A stretch of DNA of 64,000 nt from Azolla caroliniana (taxonomy: Eukaryota; Plantae; Polypodiophyta), in assembly GCA_043228905.1 (NCBI GenBank), contig JBHGNT010000004.1, forward strand, positions 15,438,001-15,502,000, in the 5' to 3' direction. Shown piece after piece: positions 61,289 through 64,000 of the stretch; position 1 is the stretch's first letter, and every line of letters starts with the position of its first letter. The position numbers and the translations under genes are program-made. Below the pieces are notes generated by a model. The model worked only from the letters and a program-made list of their open reading frames with translations, searched no databases and was not told where the DNA came from.

Positions 61289-64000
61289 GTATTAATCTCG
61301 ACTTGATCCTTCCTACCGCCTCTTTCACGTCGGGTTCACCACTATATTATGTTGTGAAGATTCGTCACTACGCGCGGATCGTGAGGCAGAACCGCCGGGG
61401 TTCTGGACCGGAAGGATTCAAAGTTGATACAAGCTTTGGCGAGATTGGGAAAGAGAGAAGTTGAGATTAAACGATTGAGAAAGATTGATTGAACTTTTAT
61501 CTTTGGATTTAAGAAACAAGTTACACCATCAATTTGATAACGAATTTCTTCTTCTTAATTTCATAATAAAAACCGTTTTTTCTCTCCCCCCTTCCCTCTT
61601 TTATAGATGCTCTCATGCATATGATGCATGTGAGGGTACAAGACATGCATAAATTGCATGTTTGCCATTTGGCGCTTAAGTATTACATGTGGTGCATGAT
61701 AACCATGTCACTCATTTTAGCTCTCATGTATGAGAATTTACATGTAAAAGTACAATGATAGAAATATAATTTCAACTAAATAGCATGGCTTAATGGTAAG
61801 CCAATTGACTCCTAACTTGGAGGTGCAAGGTTTGAATCCTTACTTGCCCTCCTTGTATATGTAAATATGTATATATATTTATATATTTATTTATCTAATC
61901 GCCGGACGCTAGTTCGCCGGATACCATCGTCGGTTACTGGTGCATCGCCGGTTACCGGTGCCGGATGCCATCGCCGGATCACCGGCTCCATCGCCGGTCC
62001 GGTTTTGGTTGGCCAAAACCCTTTACGAGTAGCTAGCCCACCTTCACTCTTAGTTCAAGTTACCTTGAACTCTCTATGCTCCACACATAGACACAAAGAT
62101 AATATCTTTTGCTCCACCTTATATATGATGAGAGCTGTATTTGTCGTGCCTATGTGGGATATCTCACAATTTTCTCTTTTCCTTTCACAAACTTTATACC
62201 CTCATATCTTGACATTTAGTTGTCCGTTTCTCGTGTAATAAAGTGCATTCGAAACCTCCATCATTTTGTACTTAGATATTAAGTCTATTTAAAATGTTAT
62301 CTTCACAATTATTGTACTATGTGATTCATACTCGATTTCGTACGTTTTATGGGATTTTCACACTATTGCAGAAAATCTTCACGACAACGTCGGGTCGGGT
62401 GATGGTCAAATATATAAGGCTTCCGACAATTTGTTGGAACCGTTTCTCATCGCAGGCCGGTCCGGAGTTGGGACAAAGCTTCTTGTTTCGGTCCAAGGGT
62501 GTTGGGACAGGTCGGCATTCTGTCATGCCAAACTTGTACAGCATATTCAACACATAGTGTCTTTGTGAGAGCAATATGCCATCGGGGGTTCGGATCACCT
62601 CGATCCCAAGGAAATAGTGAAGGTCCCCTAGGTCCTTCATCTCAAATGCATCCAATAGCTGGGACATGACTCGACTGATTTCATCGAGTCCGAGTCCGGT
62701 GATGACCAGATCATCAACATACAACAAGATGCAAACCAGACCGTCTAGTCCTTGCCGGATGAACAATGAAGAGTCAGATTTGGAGGCCACAAACCCCATC
62801 TTACGCAACCGGTGCGTGCTCTTTGAATTCCAAGCTCGGGGGGCTTGCTTCAGGCCATAAAGTGACTTCTTCAGCCAACATATCGCCGACTTGTTCATCT
62901 CCGACTAAAAACCAAGGGGTTGGGTCATAAAGACCTCTTCTTTAAGATCACCTTGAAGAAATGTATTCTTCATGTCCATTTCATGAAGATGCCGCCCCCT
63001 TGCCGCAGCAACCGCTAGCACCACACGAACTGTCGTCATCTTCGCTACCGGAGCGAAGGTCTCGTCGTAGTTTATTCCGTGGGTTTGCGCGTATCCCTTC
63101 GCCACTAACCAAGCCTTGTATCGGTTAACTGAACCGTCGGCGTTGTACTTTACCTTGTACACGCACTTGCATCCGATCAGTTTCAGTGACGGGGAGGGTC
63201 AACCAGGTCCCATGTGTCGTTGGCATCAAGTGCCCGCATCTCTTCCTGCATAGCGGCATGCCAATTTGCGTCCCTTACCGCTTCTCTATAGCTCTCTGGT
63301 TCACGCACTTCCGCCACCTTGGTCATGTACGCATAGTGATGCACCATGTACTCATTGTACCCGTGCCGCTTAACATGTTCCTTTTGCCAGGTTGATCGGC
63401 ATAACCCATTGTTACCCGGTTTGGGGCCCTTCTTGGCCGGGTCAGTCTTTGTTGCTGAAGAACCACCATTTTCCTTTCCGGAGTCGGATCCGCTCCGATC
63501 TGACTCAACATTACCGGTTTCATAATCCGACATCTTCGTCTTCCCCTTCTCTTTGCACGTGAACCGTCTCCTCGGTTCCTTACACGGGGAGAGCAGGACA
63601 GAGTCTGCACTACTCGCTGGTTCCTCATCTGACTGGTCGGATTGACCCAGTCTCTCGTTCGGCTCACTCAACTGAAACGATTCCGGACTCTCTTCTTGAG
63701 TCCCGGATTCATCATCTTCTACTTGGGCCGGTTCAGGCTCACTAGCCTCATCTTCTGACATCGGGTTGGGGTCGGAAGTCGGAGTTGGTAAGGAATACCA
63801 TGATGCTGTTTCATTGAACTCGACATCGCGGCTAACTCAGATCTACTTCGTCTCGGGGTTATAACACTTATACCCCCTTTGCTCATGTGAGTAGCCGACG
63901 AGGATGCACTTCTCTGATTTTGCATCCAGCTTCCTCCGCTTCTCATCCGGCACATGCACATATGCTATGCTGCCGAATATCCGAAGGTGTCTCAGATTCG

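Larger units (their letters stand above)
47177..62386 (-). mobile_element. tRNA-Trp-primed Ty3/gypsy element B, full length with frameshifts
   Basis: LTRs 61350-62386 and 47177-48070 plus 55373-55531 (16-bp indel); 4-bp TSD ACGT; PBS 61324-61341. Confidence 0.95.
45503..64000 (-). mobile_element. Ty1/copia (family 1 relative), split by a gypsy insertion; 5' part outside window
   Basis: 3' LTR 45503-45924; PPT 45925-45936; RH/RT end 46267-47176; RT/INT 62387-64000; ITRPDV|SYPVG is rejoined across the insertion. Confidence 0.93.

Overview
Eukaryotic plant nuclear DNA, probably from a non-seed land plant such as a fern (inferred from the TE lineages). Most of the window is nested transposable elements around one host gene, a DUF1644 protein (31045-32151, minus). 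It holds three members of one tRNA-Met-primed Ty1/copia family (one full length with a CATTT TSD), fragments and LTRs of a second copia family, a tRNA-Arg-primed LTR element carrying only antisense ORFs, a MULE inserted in a (TA)n tract, an L1-like LINE fragment, two chromovirus-type Ty3/gypsy remnants (one apparently self-priming), and a tRNA-Trp-primed Ty3/gypsy family with 4-bp TSDs. That last family is the most interesting. Two diverged members end Gag-protease at GGATTTT-TAG followed by a covarying stem and a predicted pseudoknot, i.e. a candidate programmed -1 frameshift between protease and RT. They also share a DHG protease motif and a covarying hairpin with a CCGG loop before an atypical PPT. 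Several members carry antisense tRNA-like cassettes in the LTR, and gag-only derivatives exist. All alignments and folds were done by eye.
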